A stretch of 64,000 nt of DNA, taken from NCBI GenBank assembly GCA_051252155.1, contig JBPOGB010000002.1, positions 297,125-361,124 on the forward strand, given 5' to 3'. This stretch comes from Luteolibacter sp. GTDB lineage: Bacteria > Verrucomicrobiota > Verrucomicrobiia > Verrucomicrobiales > Akkermansiaceae. Shown here one piece after another: positions 9,833 to 18,926 of the stretch. The notes beneath the pieces were generated by a model that was given only the letters and a program-made list of their open reading frames with translations, made no database searches and was not told where the DNA came from. The position numbers and the translations under genes are program-made. Position 1 is the first letter of the stretch; each line of letters begins with the position of its first letter.

Positions 9833-11061
9833 CTTCATCCTCCACCAAACTTGACTGCCTCACCGCTGAACCCTTCCGACTCTTTTTTCCGCTAGGTATC
9901 TTCGCCTCAATTATCGGCGTTCTACTATGGCCGGCAGTTTTCCACGGTTGGCTCTCATACTACCCGCTAGAAGCACATATCCGATGGATGGTTCTCGGTT
10001 TCGCAGGATGTTTTATCACCGGTTTCCTCGGCACTGCTGGCCCCCGATTGCTTGGCTCCAAGCCTTGGACTCTCCTCGAACTGATTCTCCACGGCGCACT
10101 CGCGATTACGATGATGGTCTTTCTTGTCATCAACCGTATCCCCGCCGCCGACCTCACGGCTGGCCTTTGGCTTCTTGCTGTTCTGGGTAGCCTGCTCACT
10201 CGCTTTTATTTGCGAAAAGACATACCGCCTCCGGGGCTTCCACTCGCCGTTCTCGGCCTCGCCGGTACAGCCATCGCAGGTATTATTCTGAGTTTCTCTC
10301 CCGCTATTTCGATCCAAGCATTTTTGCGCTTACTCTATTTTCAAGGGCTTCTTTGGCTCCCCATCCTCGGTGCTGCTCCTTACCTTCTCCCACGGTTTTT
10401 CGGGAAAAATTCTCTCCATGACTTTCCCGAGAGTTCCGGCATTCCCGATGGTTGGATGCGGCCTTTCATCGAGTCGCTGATCGCAGGTATTCTTCTCATC
10501 GTCAGCTTCGCCCTAGAGGCATGGAAGCCCGGCCCCTCGGGTCTGATCCTTCGAGCAAGCGTTGTACTAATCCATCTCACCCGCTCCGTCCCCGGCCTTG
10601 TCTCTTTCGCAAAAACCAATGCTCTCGGCCTTGCCGTGCGCTGGGTTGTTCCCTGTGCTGCTGGTGGCTGGCTGCTTGCCGCATGGTTCGCCCATATGCG
10701 CGCCGGAATGCTCCACCTCATGTTCATCGGCGGTGCCGGCCTGCTCATGCTTTGCTCCGCCACCCGCATCATCCTTGGCCACAATGACCGCCACGACCGC
10801 TTAGCTTCCCCGATGAAATGGTTCCACCTAGTCTGGGGTGCCGTCCTTTTCACTGCTGCCACTCGTTTGACAGCAGACTTCATCCCGAAAGTCCGCATCT
10901 CCCACCTCTCCTACGCCGCTGCACTCTGGGTCATCATGATTGTCTTCTGGGTATGGAAACTCCGCCGCGAACTTCGGCAACCTGTCTTCGAAGAAGGCGT
11001 GATCAAATCCAATTGCCCCCGTCGAAAACGAGCTACCGCGGGAAAAAATCAAAATACTTAG
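9829..11061 (+). CDS. nnrS: NnrS family heme/copper membrane protein
   Basis: The GTG start overlaps the SCO stop (GTGA). The 410-aa protein has about 12 TM helices. The N-terminus EPFRLFFPLG and the position in a nirK/nor cluster are typical of NnrS. Confidence 0.8.
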   Translation: MTSSSTKLDCLTAEPFRLFFPLGIFASIIGVLLWPAVFHGWLSYYPLEAHIRWMVLGFAGCFITGFLGTAGPRLLGSKPWTLLELILHGALAITMMVFLVINRIPAADLTAGLWLLAVLGSLLTRFYLRKDIPPPGLPLAVLGLAGTAIAGIILSFSPAISIQAFLRLLYFQGLLWLPILGAAPYLLPRFFGKNSLHDFPESSGIPDGWMRPFIESLIAGILLIVSFALEAWKPGPSGLILRASVVLIHLTRSVPGLVSFAKTNALGLAVRWVVPCAAGGWLLAAWFAHMRAGMLHLMFIGGAGLLMLCSATRIILGHNDRHDRLASPMKWFHLVWGAVLFTAATRLTADFIPKVRISHLSYAAALWVIMIVFWVWKLRRELRQPVFEEGVIKSNCPRRKRATAGKNQNT

Positions 11062-11128
11062 TCCGTTATCTTTTCGCTCAATTTCCACAACGCCTAACCC
11101 AACCTTTTCTCTGCTATCAGCTAAATCT

Positions 11129-11473
11129 ATGGTGAGACACTCCACAAAATCCAGAAGCCGGGAGAAGCCGCTGATCTTTGTGATTCCTGCCGCAATCATG
11201 CTTATCTCCGGCTTCGGAGTGCTCGTCGCTTACTCTTTCGGCGGACGCTTCACCGCCGCCGATTCGCAGCTCATCCCGCTCGGCCTCACCACCGTCGTGG
11301 TCGGTGCCATCAGCCTCTCCCGCACTCTCCTCTCGACCTTCTTCCTCTTTGTTTACGCAGTCACCGCTGTGGTGCTTATCATCGTCGAACACGGCATCGC
11401 GCAGCCATGGCTGATCCCATTCGTCCTGCTGATCCTTCTTTGCTTACCCCAAGCAAAACACGCACGTCGTTAG
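11129..11473 (+). CDS. Small 3-TM membrane protein, unknown function
   Basis: 114-aa ORF between nnrS and norC with a hydrophobic profile. No recognisable motif. Confidence 0.4.
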   Translation: MVRHSTKSRSREKPLIFVIPAAIMLISGFGVLVAYSFGGRFTAADSQLIPLGLTTVVVGAISLSRTLLSTFFLFVYAVTAVVLIIVEHGIAQPWLIPFVLLILLCLPQAKHARR

Positions 11474-11610
11474 GTAGTTGAAAATCAATCCTCTCTCCCA
11501 CAATTAGCCTCACATTAACAAAAAAGAAAAAACATTCTTGATTTCCTTCTTTGAGGAATTCACAACCTCAGTCGAAATCGAATCCGGCAAAAACAAACCA
11601 CCACACCACC

Positions 11611-12309
11611 ATGCTATCGAAGTCCCAAGCACGCGCCTTTTTCCTAGGAGGAACCGGCGTTTTTTCCCTCGCCTTCCTGGCACTGACCTACGATTCGCAC
11701 AAGCAGGTGCCGCAACAGACCAATGAGGACAAGCTCACCGCGCAGGTCATCAGGGGTAAGAAAATTTGGGAACACAACAACTGCATGGGCTGTCACACAC
11801 TCTTCGGTGAGGGTGCCTATTACGCGCCGGAGCTCACGAAAGTCGTCGAGCGTCGCGGCAAGGACTGGATGCGGATTTTCCTAAAAGATCCCCAGGCGAT
11901 GTTCCCGGGCGAGCGCAAGATGACGAACTACAACTTCACCGACGAGGAAATCGAGGACGTGATCGCTTTCTTTGAATGGTGCGGAAATGTTGATCTCAAC
12001 GGCTTCCCCGCCAAACCACCACTCGGTCGTGTCGCCGCCCCCATCGTTACCACCGGTAAGAGCACGGCACCCAAGCCTGAAATTTTCTCCACGATCTGTG
12101 CCGCCTGCCACTCTGTGGGTGGAGTGGGTGGTGCCGTTGGGCCGCCGCTCGATCAGGTCGGCACCAAGATGGATCACGATGCGATGAGAGACTGGATCAG
12201 CGATCCGCAAAAAATCAAACCGGGCACAGCCATGCCGCAGATCCCCATGACCCCGGAGCAACTCGAAGAAGTCGTTAACTACCTGCTTGGCCTCTCAAAC
12301 AACCAATAA
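11611..12309 (+). CDS. norC: Nitric oxide reductase subunit C with an extra C-terminal class-I cytochrome c domain (two CxxCH)
   Basis: The ATG at 11611 gives a TM anchor (MLSKSQARAFFLGGTGVFSLAFLAL). The NorC-type heme site is IWEHNNCMGCHTLFGEGAYYAPEL. A second site, CAACHSVGG...GTAMPQ, sits in the last roughly 90 aa. Confidence 0.85.
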   Translation: MLSKSQARAFFLGGTGVFSLAFLALTYDSHKQVPQQTNEDKLTAQVIRGKKIWEHNNCMGCHTLFGEGAYYAPELTKVVERRGKDWMRIFLKDPQAMFPGERKMTNYNFTDEEIEDVIAFFEWCGNVDLNGFPAKPPLGRVAAPIVTTGKSTAPKPEIFSTICAACHSVGGVGGAVGPPLDQVGTKMDHDAMRDWISDPQKIKPGTAMPQIPMTPEQLEEVVNYLLGLSNNQ

Positions 12310-12328
12310 ACGCCGAACCAAACTCGCA

Positions 12329-13675
12329 ATGAAATACAAAACACAAAAGATCGCTTACTGGTTCTTCGCATCCGCTCTCCTGCTGCTGGTGCTTCAGATC
12401 GTTTACGGCTTCATCATGGGCTTCGCCCACATGGGCTACGATGTCCTTCACGACTTCATCCCGTTCAACACCGCCCGCGCCGTCCACACGAACCTCCTCC
12501 TTGTCTGGCTCCTGCTCGGCTTCATGGGTTCCGCCTATTTCATCATCCCCGAGGAGGCGGAACGGGAAATCGCTTGGCCGAAACTCGCCTACGCGCAGTT
12601 GATCTCCTTCCTCGCAGTCGGTGTCACCGCCGTGGTCTGCTACCACATGAACATCTGGGAAGGTCGGAAATTCCTAGAAATCCCGCGGCCGCTCGACTAC
12701 CTAGTGGTTGCCAACGTGCTGCTTTTCCTAGCCAATGTCGGCTGGACCATGTGGAACGGCAAACGTTTCACCACCACATCCATCGTGCTCTACATGGGCC
12801 TGCTCGCTGCCGCACTGCTTTACTTGCCCGGCATGATCGATTTCGACAACCAGACTCTCGACTCCATGTATCGCTGGTGGGTTGTCCATCTTTGGGTGGA
12901 AGGCGTGTGGGAGCTCATCATGGGCGGCATCCTTTGCTTCCTACTCATCAAGCTTACCGGCGTGGATCGCGAAATCGTCGAAAAATGGCTCTACATCATC
13001 GTCGGCCTCACTTTCATCTCCGGCATCCTCGGCACCGGCCACCATTTCTACTACATCGGCGTGCCACGCTACTGGCTGATCGTCGGCGGTATCTTCTCCG
13101 CGCTTGAGCCACTCGCCTTCCTCGGCATGGCCTTGTATGCCCTCGCCATGGCGAAAAAAGGTGGCCGCAAGCACCCGAACAAAACCGCCCTCACCTGGAC
13201 GCTCGGTTGCGCCATCATGGCCTTCGTTGGTGCCGGCTTCCTCGGTATCGCCCACACCATTCCGCAAGTGAACATGTGGACGCACGGCACACTGGTCACC
13301 GCCATGCACGGCCACCTCGCATTCTGGGGTGCCTACGCAATGATCGTTTTCGCGATGATCGCCTACGCCATGCCGCTGATGACAGGCCGCAAACTATGGG
13401 ACAGCAATGCCTCCATCTACGGCTTCTGGCTTTCCAATATCGGCATGGTCGCCATGACGGGTGCCTTCGCTGTCGCAGGCATCAGCCAGGTCGTGCTCGA
13501 GCGCCGCACCGGCATCGACTTCATCGAGGTGCAGAAAGAGATCGAGCCGCATTTCCTCGGTCTCGTTCTCGCCGCCGGCCTTTTCACCCTCGGCATCCTG
13601 CTCTTCGTCCTGAACTTCATCCGCTACGGTCGCCCCACCGATGAGGCTCTCAACAACGACCCTGCCGAAAGTTGA
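12329..13675 (+). CDS. norB: Nitric oxide reductase subunit B (cNOR catalytic subunit)
   Basis: MKYKTQKIAYWFF... The WWVVHLWVEGVWE (conserved Glu pair) and GTGHHFYYIG motifs and 12 TM helices are present. Confidence 0.9.
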   Translation: MKYKTQKIAYWFFASALLLLVLQIVYGFIMGFAHMGYDVLHDFIPFNTARAVHTNLLLVWLLLGFMGSAYFIIPEEAEREIAWPKLAYAQLISFLAVGVTAVVCYHMNIWEGRKFLEIPRPLDYLVVANVLLFLANVGWTMWNGKRFTTTSIVLYMGLLAAALLYLPGMIDFDNQTLDSMYRWWVVHLWVEGVWELIMGGILCFLLIKLTGVDREIVEKWLYIIVGLTFISGILGTGHHFYYIGVPRYWLIVGGIFSALEPLAFLGMALYALAMAKKGGRKHPNKTALTWTLGCAIMAFVGAGFLGIAHTIPQVNMWTHGTLVTAMHGHLAFWGAYAMIVFAMIAYAMPLMTGRKLWDSNASIYGFWLSNIGMVAMTGAFAVAGISQVVLERRTGIDFIEVQKEIEPHFLGLVLAAGLFTLGILLFVLNFIRYGRPTDEALNNDPAES

Positions 13676-13686
13676 TCGCCTCATCC

Positions 13687-14460
13687 ATGGATACCCCGTT
13701 CTATCTGGCCTCCGGAAAGGAGATCGAGCTTTGCGAACACGCCCACCGCTGCCAGCTCCCGCTCATGCTCAAGGGGCCGACCGGTTGTGGGAAAACCCGT
13801 TTCGTCGAGCACATGGCCGCGCGTCTCGGGCGTGAACTCATTACCGTCGCCTGCAACGAAGACACCTCCGCCACCGATCTGTTAGGGCGGCATCTCTTGC
13901 AGGGTGGCGATACCGTCTGGGTCGATGGCCCCGTGACCCGCGCCGTACGGGAAGGTGCCATCCTCTACCTTGACGAAATCGCCGAAGCCCGCGCCGACGC
14001 CATCGTCGTCATTCACTCGCTCGCCGACCATAGACGTGAAATTTTCCTCGATCGCACCGGAGAGAAACTCAGCGCCGCCGAGGGATTTTCCCTCATCGTC
14101 AGCTACAACCCCGGCTACCAGCGCAGCCTGCGCGAGTTGAAACCATCGACCCGCCAACGCTTCGCCGCCATCCAGTTCGACTACCCGGACGAGGCAGCAG
14201 AGGTGAGCATCGTCACCACCGAATCCGGGGTCGACGAAGCCACCGCGAAAAAGCTCGTCCGCATCGGCGCGAAGATCCGCCAACTCACCGAACTCTCTCT
14301 GATGGAGTCGGTTTCCACCCGTTTGCTCATCGCAGCGGGCAAGCTCATCCAGTCCGGCATCACGCCGCGCCTGGCCTGCGTCACCGCCATCGCCCAGCCG
14401 CTCAGTGATGATGCCGAAGCCGTCGCCGCCATGCGGCAGGTCATCGAAATCAGCATCTGA
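13687..14460 (+). CDS. norQ: NorQ/CbbQ/NirQ MoxR-type AAA+ ATPase
   Basis: Walker A motif LKGPTGCGKT. The length and position after norB fit. The ORF track starts at a TTG (13672); the ATG at 13687 is preferred. Confidence 0.9.
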   Translation: MDTPFYLASGKEIELCEHAHRCQLPLMLKGPTGCGKTRFVEHMAARLGRELITVACNEDTSATDLLGRHLLQGGDTVWVDGPVTRAVREGAILYLDEIAEARADAIVVIHSLADHRREIFLDRTGEKLSAAEGFSLIVSYNPGYQRSLRELKPSTRQRFAAIQFDYPDEAAEVSIVTTESGVDEATAKKLVRIGAKIRQLTELSLMESVSTRLLIAAGKLIQSGITPRLACVTAIAQPLSDDAEAVAAMRQVIEISI

Positions 14461-14469
14461 CATGCAGCC

Positions 14470-16170
14470 ATGTTCGAGTGGGAAGAAAGCACGTTTCTCG
14501 GTTTAAAATCGCTCTACCAGCGCTTCGTTACCAAGCCTGAGCAACAGCAAATCGAGTCCCGCCAAGCCACTCTCAAGGAGCACCGCGGCTCGCTGATCCT
14601 GCTGGCGCGTATGCTTTCCGGGAAAAACCTCGGCATCTTCGAGACCCCGCATCCCATCCTCTGCACCGGAGATAGGATCTGCCTCCCGTCGGAATTCACA
14701 GAAGCCGATTCCCCGGAGTCGAACCGCCAGCTCTACGAGTTGAAAACCATCGTCGCCGCGCTCGCCATCCGCGATGATTGGGACGGTGATGACCTGCCCG
14801 CATACCTGAAAAAACTCTCCGTAGAATTTCCCCATCTCTCCGAAAAATCCGCCTCCATCGAGCAGCACTTGTTAGAGGAGATTTCCCTTTCAGAAATCCT
14901 TGGCGCACCCCGCGAGGACGCCACCAAAGCGGAAAAAAACGCCACGACTCCCACCCCGGACGATCACCAGACCAACGACTCCGAAGTCACCACCGAGATC
15001 GAGGGTAAAGGCCAGATGGATGTGGAAGTCCTGCTCGATCCCGGCGAAGACTGCGCCGGCGAGGACATGCCCACCCATACCTTCGAGAAAGCGGATACCC
15101 TGGAAGAAACCAGTGGCCTGAACCGCAAGCGCGACGACGAGGACGAACTCGAAGAGCACGCCGAAGCTCTCAAAGAAGTCAACATGACCCAGGTCATCCG
15201 CTCCCACGAACGCCCGCGCTCGATCTACCGCAGCGATGTCATCCTCGACGGACTGAACATCGAGGCCAACGACAGCGCCCCCGCCCACGGCATCCCATAC
15301 CCTGAGTGGGATTACAAAAAGCGCGCCTACAAGGAAGACTGGTGCCTGCTCCAGGAAACCCGCAACCGCGAGTCTCACCCGGATTGGATCGACGCCACCG
15401 AGAAAAAGCACGCGGCCCTCGTCGCCCGCCTCAAACGCCAGTTCGCCTCGCTAACTTCCGAATTTCTCAAACTCAAACGCCAGCCCAGCGGCAATGATTT
15501 CGACATCGACGCAGTCATCGATGGACAGGTTCGCCTCCGCAGCGGCCACACACCTTCCGAGTCCATCTACCTGAACCGCAAAAAAGACATCCACGATGTC
15601 TCCGCTATCCTCCTGTTAGATCTCAGCTTCTCCACCGATGCCTGGATCGATGATGCCCGCGTCCTAGATTCCATCATGGAAACCGTCTATTGCGTCGGCG
15701 AGGTCATCGGCGATTCCATCGAAAGCTTCGCCGTCGCAGGTTTTTCCTCAAACACGCGCCGCTCTTGCCGTTTCGAGATCCTTAAAGATTTTCACGAACC
15801 ATGGGATCAGGCGAAACAACATTTCGGCGCACTCCAGCCAAACGGCTACACCCGCATCGGCCCCGCCCTGCGCCACGCCCAGGAACTCCTCCTAAACCAA
15901 CAAGCCTCGCGGAAAATCGTCATCCTCGTCACCGACGGCCGCCCCTGCGACTACGATAGATATGAGGGCACCTACGGCATCAAGGACGTCCGCAAAGCCA
16001 TCGAGACCGGCAAGCTCCACGGCCTCACCACCCACGCCTTCGCCATCGAGAAGCAGGCGACCGAAACCTTTCCCATGATGTTCAGCCGCCACCATTTTGA
16101 TGTCGTTGGTACCCCGGCAAAACTCAGCCAAACCATGAGCGCCCTTTTCTCCAAACTCGTAGCCACATGA
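14470..16170 (+). CDS. norD: NorD (von Willebrand factor A domain protein)
   Basis: 566 aa. The C-terminal VWA domain has a MIDAS-like DLSFST motif, and the gene directly follows norQ. Confidence 0.85.
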   Translation: MFEWEESTFLGLKSLYQRFVTKPEQQQIESRQATLKEHRGSLILLARMLSGKNLGIFETPHPILCTGDRICLPSEFTEADSPESNRQLYELKTIVAALAIRDDWDGDDLPAYLKKLSVEFPHLSEKSASIEQHLLEEISLSEILGAPREDATKAEKNATTPTPDDHQTNDSEVTTEIEGKGQMDVEVLLDPGEDCAGEDMPTHTFEKADTLEETSGLNRKRDDEDELEEHAEALKEVNMTQVIRSHERPRSIYRSDVILDGLNIEANDSAPAHGIPYPEWDYKKRAYKEDWCLLQETRNRESHPDWIDATEKKHAALVARLKRQFASLTSEFLKLKRQPSGNDFDIDAVIDGQVRLRSGHTPSESIYLNRKKDIHDVSAILLLDLSFSTDAWIDDARVLDSIMETVYCVGEVIGDSIESFAVAGFSSNTRRSCRFEILKDFHEPWDQAKQHFGALQPNGYTRIGPALRHAQELLLNQQASRKIVILVTDGRPCDYDRYEGTYGIKDVRKAIETGKLHGLTTHAFAIEKQATETFPMMFSRHHFDVVGTPAKLSQTMSALFSKLVAT

Positions 16171-16745
16171 CCCAGGAAAAACTACCACCACCCTCCGCAC
16201 TTCTCTACCCACCTGGCGGCCTGCTGATCTGGTCGCTTGTCCTGATGGAGTTGCTTACCTTCGGTGTCGCTCTGATTGCCTTCGTCATTTCGGGTCGCAG
16301 TGAACCGGAAATTTTCCAAGCCGGTCGCGAGCATCTGAATTCTTATTTCGGCGTGGCCAATACCGTCTTCCTGCTCGCCAGTGGCTACTTCATGGCCGCC
16401 GCCGTCGAGCGGTTTAAAAAGGGCACGAACGCCCGCCCGCTCATCCACTGCGCCATGGTGGGTGGCATTCTTTTCCTCGTTCTCAAAGGAATCGAATATC
16501 ACGAGAAAATCGAATCCGGCCTAACCCTCGGCCACGACACTTTCTTGACCTACTACTGGCTTCTCACCGTCTTCCACCTGATGCATGTCCTCGTCGGCCT
16601 GATCATCCTCGCCGTCCTTCACCGCCGCCTCCGTCCCGCCGCCAAGACCATGCAACCCGAAGACTTCGAAGCCGGAGCCGTCTTCTGGCACATGTGCGAT
16701 CTCATCTGGCTTATCCTTTTCCCCGTAATCTATCTACTTCCATGA
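16167..16745 (+). CDS. norE: Cytochrome oxidase subunit III-like protein NorE
   Basis: ATGA overlap with the norD stop. It has 5 TM helices, and HEKIESG...FHLMHVLVG...FWHMCDLIWLILF is typical of the subunit III family. Confidence 0.8.
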   Translation: MTQEKLPPPSALLYPPGGLLIWSLVLMELLTFGVALIAFVISGRSEPEIFQAGREHLNSYFGVANTVFLLASGYFMAAAVERFKKGTNARPLIHCAMVGGILFLVLKGIEYHEKIESGLTLGHDTFLTYYWLLTVFHLMHVLVGLIILAVLHRRLRPAAKTMQPEDFEAGAVFWHMCDLIWLILFPVIYLLP

Positions 16746-16975
16746 ACGGAAACCTAATCACCCTCATCTCCTTGCTAACGCTCACGGCAGGCACCGCCCT
16801 CGTTGCCGGCGCGTCCCATGGTGTCGTCGCCATCTTGTTTCTCGCCATGGCGAAAATCCTTCTTGTCACCTTCCGCTTCATGGATCTCCGCCATGCACAT
16901 CTGTTCTGGAAATGTTCCGTGTCCTTACTCACCTGCGCCTTCCTCGTTACCCTCGGCCTACTCGCCAATCTCTGA
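16742..16975 (+). CDS. Small 3-TM protein (prokaryotic oxidase subunit IV-like, NorF-like)
   Basis: ATGA overlap with the norE stop (start MNGNLITLISLL...). Its size and position fit norF or subunit IV-type proteins. Confidence 0.55.
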   Translation: MNGNLITLISLLTLTAGTALVAGASHGVVAILFLAMAKILLVTFRFMDLRHAHLFWKCSVSLLTCAFLVTLGLLANL

Positions 16976-17458
16976 GTTTCCTTTCGCCTCCCGATACGCC
17001 GCGTACCTCGCGCGCTGCTCATCGGTCAGCTTCGCTGGATCGAAACGCTGATCCGGGATCGCGTTGATCTTCGAATGGATGACATTCGCCATGTCGGTGG
17101 CGCAGGCTTTGATGTGGGTCGCGTTTTCGCCGAGAAAGAGTTCATCAACGGTGGCTTCGAAAATTTTCAGCCAGCGGTCGAACTGCTCCTTACCCATTTT
17201 CGTCAGCGGAACTAGACGAGCATGCTTGCCAATCGGATCGCCACGAAAGCCTCCATCGCGGAACAGGACGGTCTGCCAAAAGTCATACATCTTGGGCAAA
17301 TGTGAGTCCCAATCGACTCCCGCCACCTTGTCGAAGATGAAGCCGAGTTTCTCGTCGTCGCGCACTTTTTCATAAAAACCATCGACCAATCGCACAATTT
17401 CCTCACGTCCGAAGATGTCTGTTTTTGAATCAGGATGCTCCGTAGAATTCATTTGCAC
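16958..17458 (-). CDS. Group III truncated hemoglobin
   Basis: 166 aa. LVDGFYEKVRDDEKLGFIF...WDSHLPKMYDFWQTVLF...GGFRGDPIGKH fits the trHb group III pattern. It is convergent with the norF-like gene and overlaps it by 18 nt. Confidence 0.8.
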   Translation of the reverse strand: MQMNSTEHPDSKTDIFGREEIVRLVDGFYEKVRDDEKLGFIFDKVAGVDWDSHLPKMYDFWQTVLFRDGGFRGDPIGKHARLVPLTKMGKEQFDRWLKIFEATVDELFLGENATHIKACATDMANVIHSKINAIPDQRFDPAKLTDEQRARYAAYREAKGNSEIGE

Positions 17459-17553
17459 ACCCTCATCCTCGCGCCTGAAAAATTCCAGAAGTAAAATTCC
17501 TTATTTCCGATAAATCTGGACGTAACATGAATTCTGTTTGAGCCTAAACGACC

Positions 17554-17982
17554 ATGTTCGGATACGGAAAAATGAGCGGCTGCGCGGTTGCGGCTGTTAG
17601 TGCGCTGGCGGAGCGTCATGCCGAAAAATTGCGACTGAGTTCACAGGATATCGCGGACAACCGGAACATTTCACAAGCCCTCGTTGCCAAAGTCCTCACC
17701 GTTCTTTCCCAAGCCGGCATTGTCCAAGGCACCCGGGGCCCGGGTGGGGGATACCTTCTTACCCGTGAGCCAAAAGCCATCAGCATTCACGAAATCGTCG
17801 AGCTCTTCGAAGGTCATCGCGACAAGAGCGCCTGTCCCTTTGGCCCCGGCTGGTGCGGTGTGGGTGATAATTGCCCGCTGCACGATGATCTAGTGGGTCT
17901 CAGTGATGCTGCTGCTGAGAGCCTGAGGAAATGTCATTTCGGTGCTTTCGCCAAACACCCGAAGCCCGACTCGCCGGGTTAA
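17554..17982 (+). CDS. Rrf2 family regulator with three-Cys Fe-S cluster motif (NsrR-like)
   Basis: It has a winged-helix region (SSQDIADNRNISQALVAKVLTVLSQAGIV) and CPFGPGWCGVGDNCPLH (C-x6-C-x5-C). It is divergent from the truncated hemoglobin gene. Confidence 0.8.
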   Translation: MFGYGKMSGCAVAAVSALAERHAEKLRLSSQDIADNRNISQALVAKVLTVLSQAGIVQGTRGPGGGYLLTREPKAISIHEIVELFEGHRDKSACPFGPGWCGVGDNCPLHDDLVGLSDAAAESLRKCHFGAFAKHPKPDSPG

Positions 17983-18043
17983 AGACCCGGCCACGCAAGG
18001 AGTAGGCTTGCCACTTTTTCTCCTCCGGGCATCCTTCGCGCTA

Positions 18044-18721
18044 ATGAAAATGCAGAAATTTCTCTTTGCGACAGTGGGTCTCGCCCTCGTGGCGAGCTTT
18101 ACCTCATGCACGATGAATGCTGCAGGCGGCGGGATTAATTCCTACCAGTCCTACGACAGGCCGGCGAAGCTCCCGACCGATCCCTCTGCAGTGGCGGTGA
18201 AAGTCTCGCTGAGCAAGCAGCGCGTCTATGTGATAGAAGGTGAAAAGATGCTTCTCATCATGCCGGTGGGAATCGGCGTACCGTCCACGCCCACTCCCAC
18301 CGGGGATTTCCGCATTTACAACAAGACCCAGAAGTATCGTTCACCGGATCACGGGCTTTCCTACAAGGGTGACAAGGTGAAGCGCACAGCTCTGACAAAC
18401 AAACCTTCCGGTTGGAAGTTCATCGGCACGCCGCTGCCTTACTGGTGTGAGATAAAGCCTGGAATCAGTTTTCACACAGGTTGGGTGAAGCACTCGCCTT
18501 CTACAAACGGCTCCATCCGCATGCATGAGAATCTGGCGCCGAAGTTCTTCCGCCTCGTTACGAACGGCACTCCGGTCAATATTTCCTACCGGCAGGCTGA
18601 AGATGCGGAGCATTGGAACATCCCGCTCCCTCCTGATGCCGGGCCGCTCCCCGACTACCCAAACTCGATGTACGTCGGCGAGGGCTACTTCAGCCAACAC
18701 AAGACGCCGAAGTTCGACTGA
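18044..18721 (+). CDS. L,D-transpeptidase (YkuD) family lipoprotein, catalytic Cys replaced by Ser
   Basis: The ATG at 18044 gives the lipobox signal MKMQKFLFATVGLALVASFTSC. The YkuD core is FHTGWVKHSPSTNGSIRMHEN, with TCC (Ser) at 18512-18514 where the family has Cys. Confidence 0.8.
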   Translation: MKMQKFLFATVGLALVASFTSCTMNAAGGGINSYQSYDRPAKLPTDPSAVAVKVSLSKQRVYVIEGEKMLLIMPVGIGVPSTPTPTGDFRIYNKTQKYRSPDHGLSYKGDKVKRTALTNKPSGWKFIGTPLPYWCEIKPGISFHTGWVKHSPSTNGSIRMHENLAPKFFRLVTNGTPVNISYRQAEDAEHWNIPLPPDAGPLPDYPNSMYVGEGYFSQHKTPKFD

Positions 18722-18759
18722 CGACTTTTCCCTAGGCGCGTCGTAAGGCTCTTGTGCCT

Positions 18760-18865
18760 GCTGCAAGATGATTTGGTAGCTTCAGTGATGTTGCTGGCGA
18801 TAGGCTACGGAAATGCCATGTTTGGCGCTTTCGCCAAACATCCGAAGCTCGACTCGCCGGGTTAA
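18760..18865 (+). pseudogene. Relic of the 3' end of the Rrf2 gene carried along by the tandem duplication
   Basis: ...FGAFAKHPKLDSPG* aligns with the end of the intact regulator (...FGAFAKHPKPDSPG*). There is no start codon and no N-terminal part. Confidence 0.65.
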
Positions 18866-18926
18866 AGGGACCTCCGCGCAAGGAGCGAGCTTGCCATTTT
18901 TGCTCCTCCGGGCATCCTCCACGTTA

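Noticed and set aside
11478-11488. TTGAAAATCAA upstream of norC, considered as an FNR/NnrR box
   Set aside because: The half-sites are 3 nt apart, not in the TTGAT-N4-ATCAA geometry. It also sits about 125 nt upstream of the start with no support from a second promoter.
17484-17520. TCCAGA ... TCTGGA inverted 6-mers in the hemoglobin/Rrf2 intergenic region, considered as an NsrR operator
   Set aside because: The 25-nt spacing and 6-bp arms are too weak, and the site is unlike known Rrf2 operators. It cannot be supported without comparative data.
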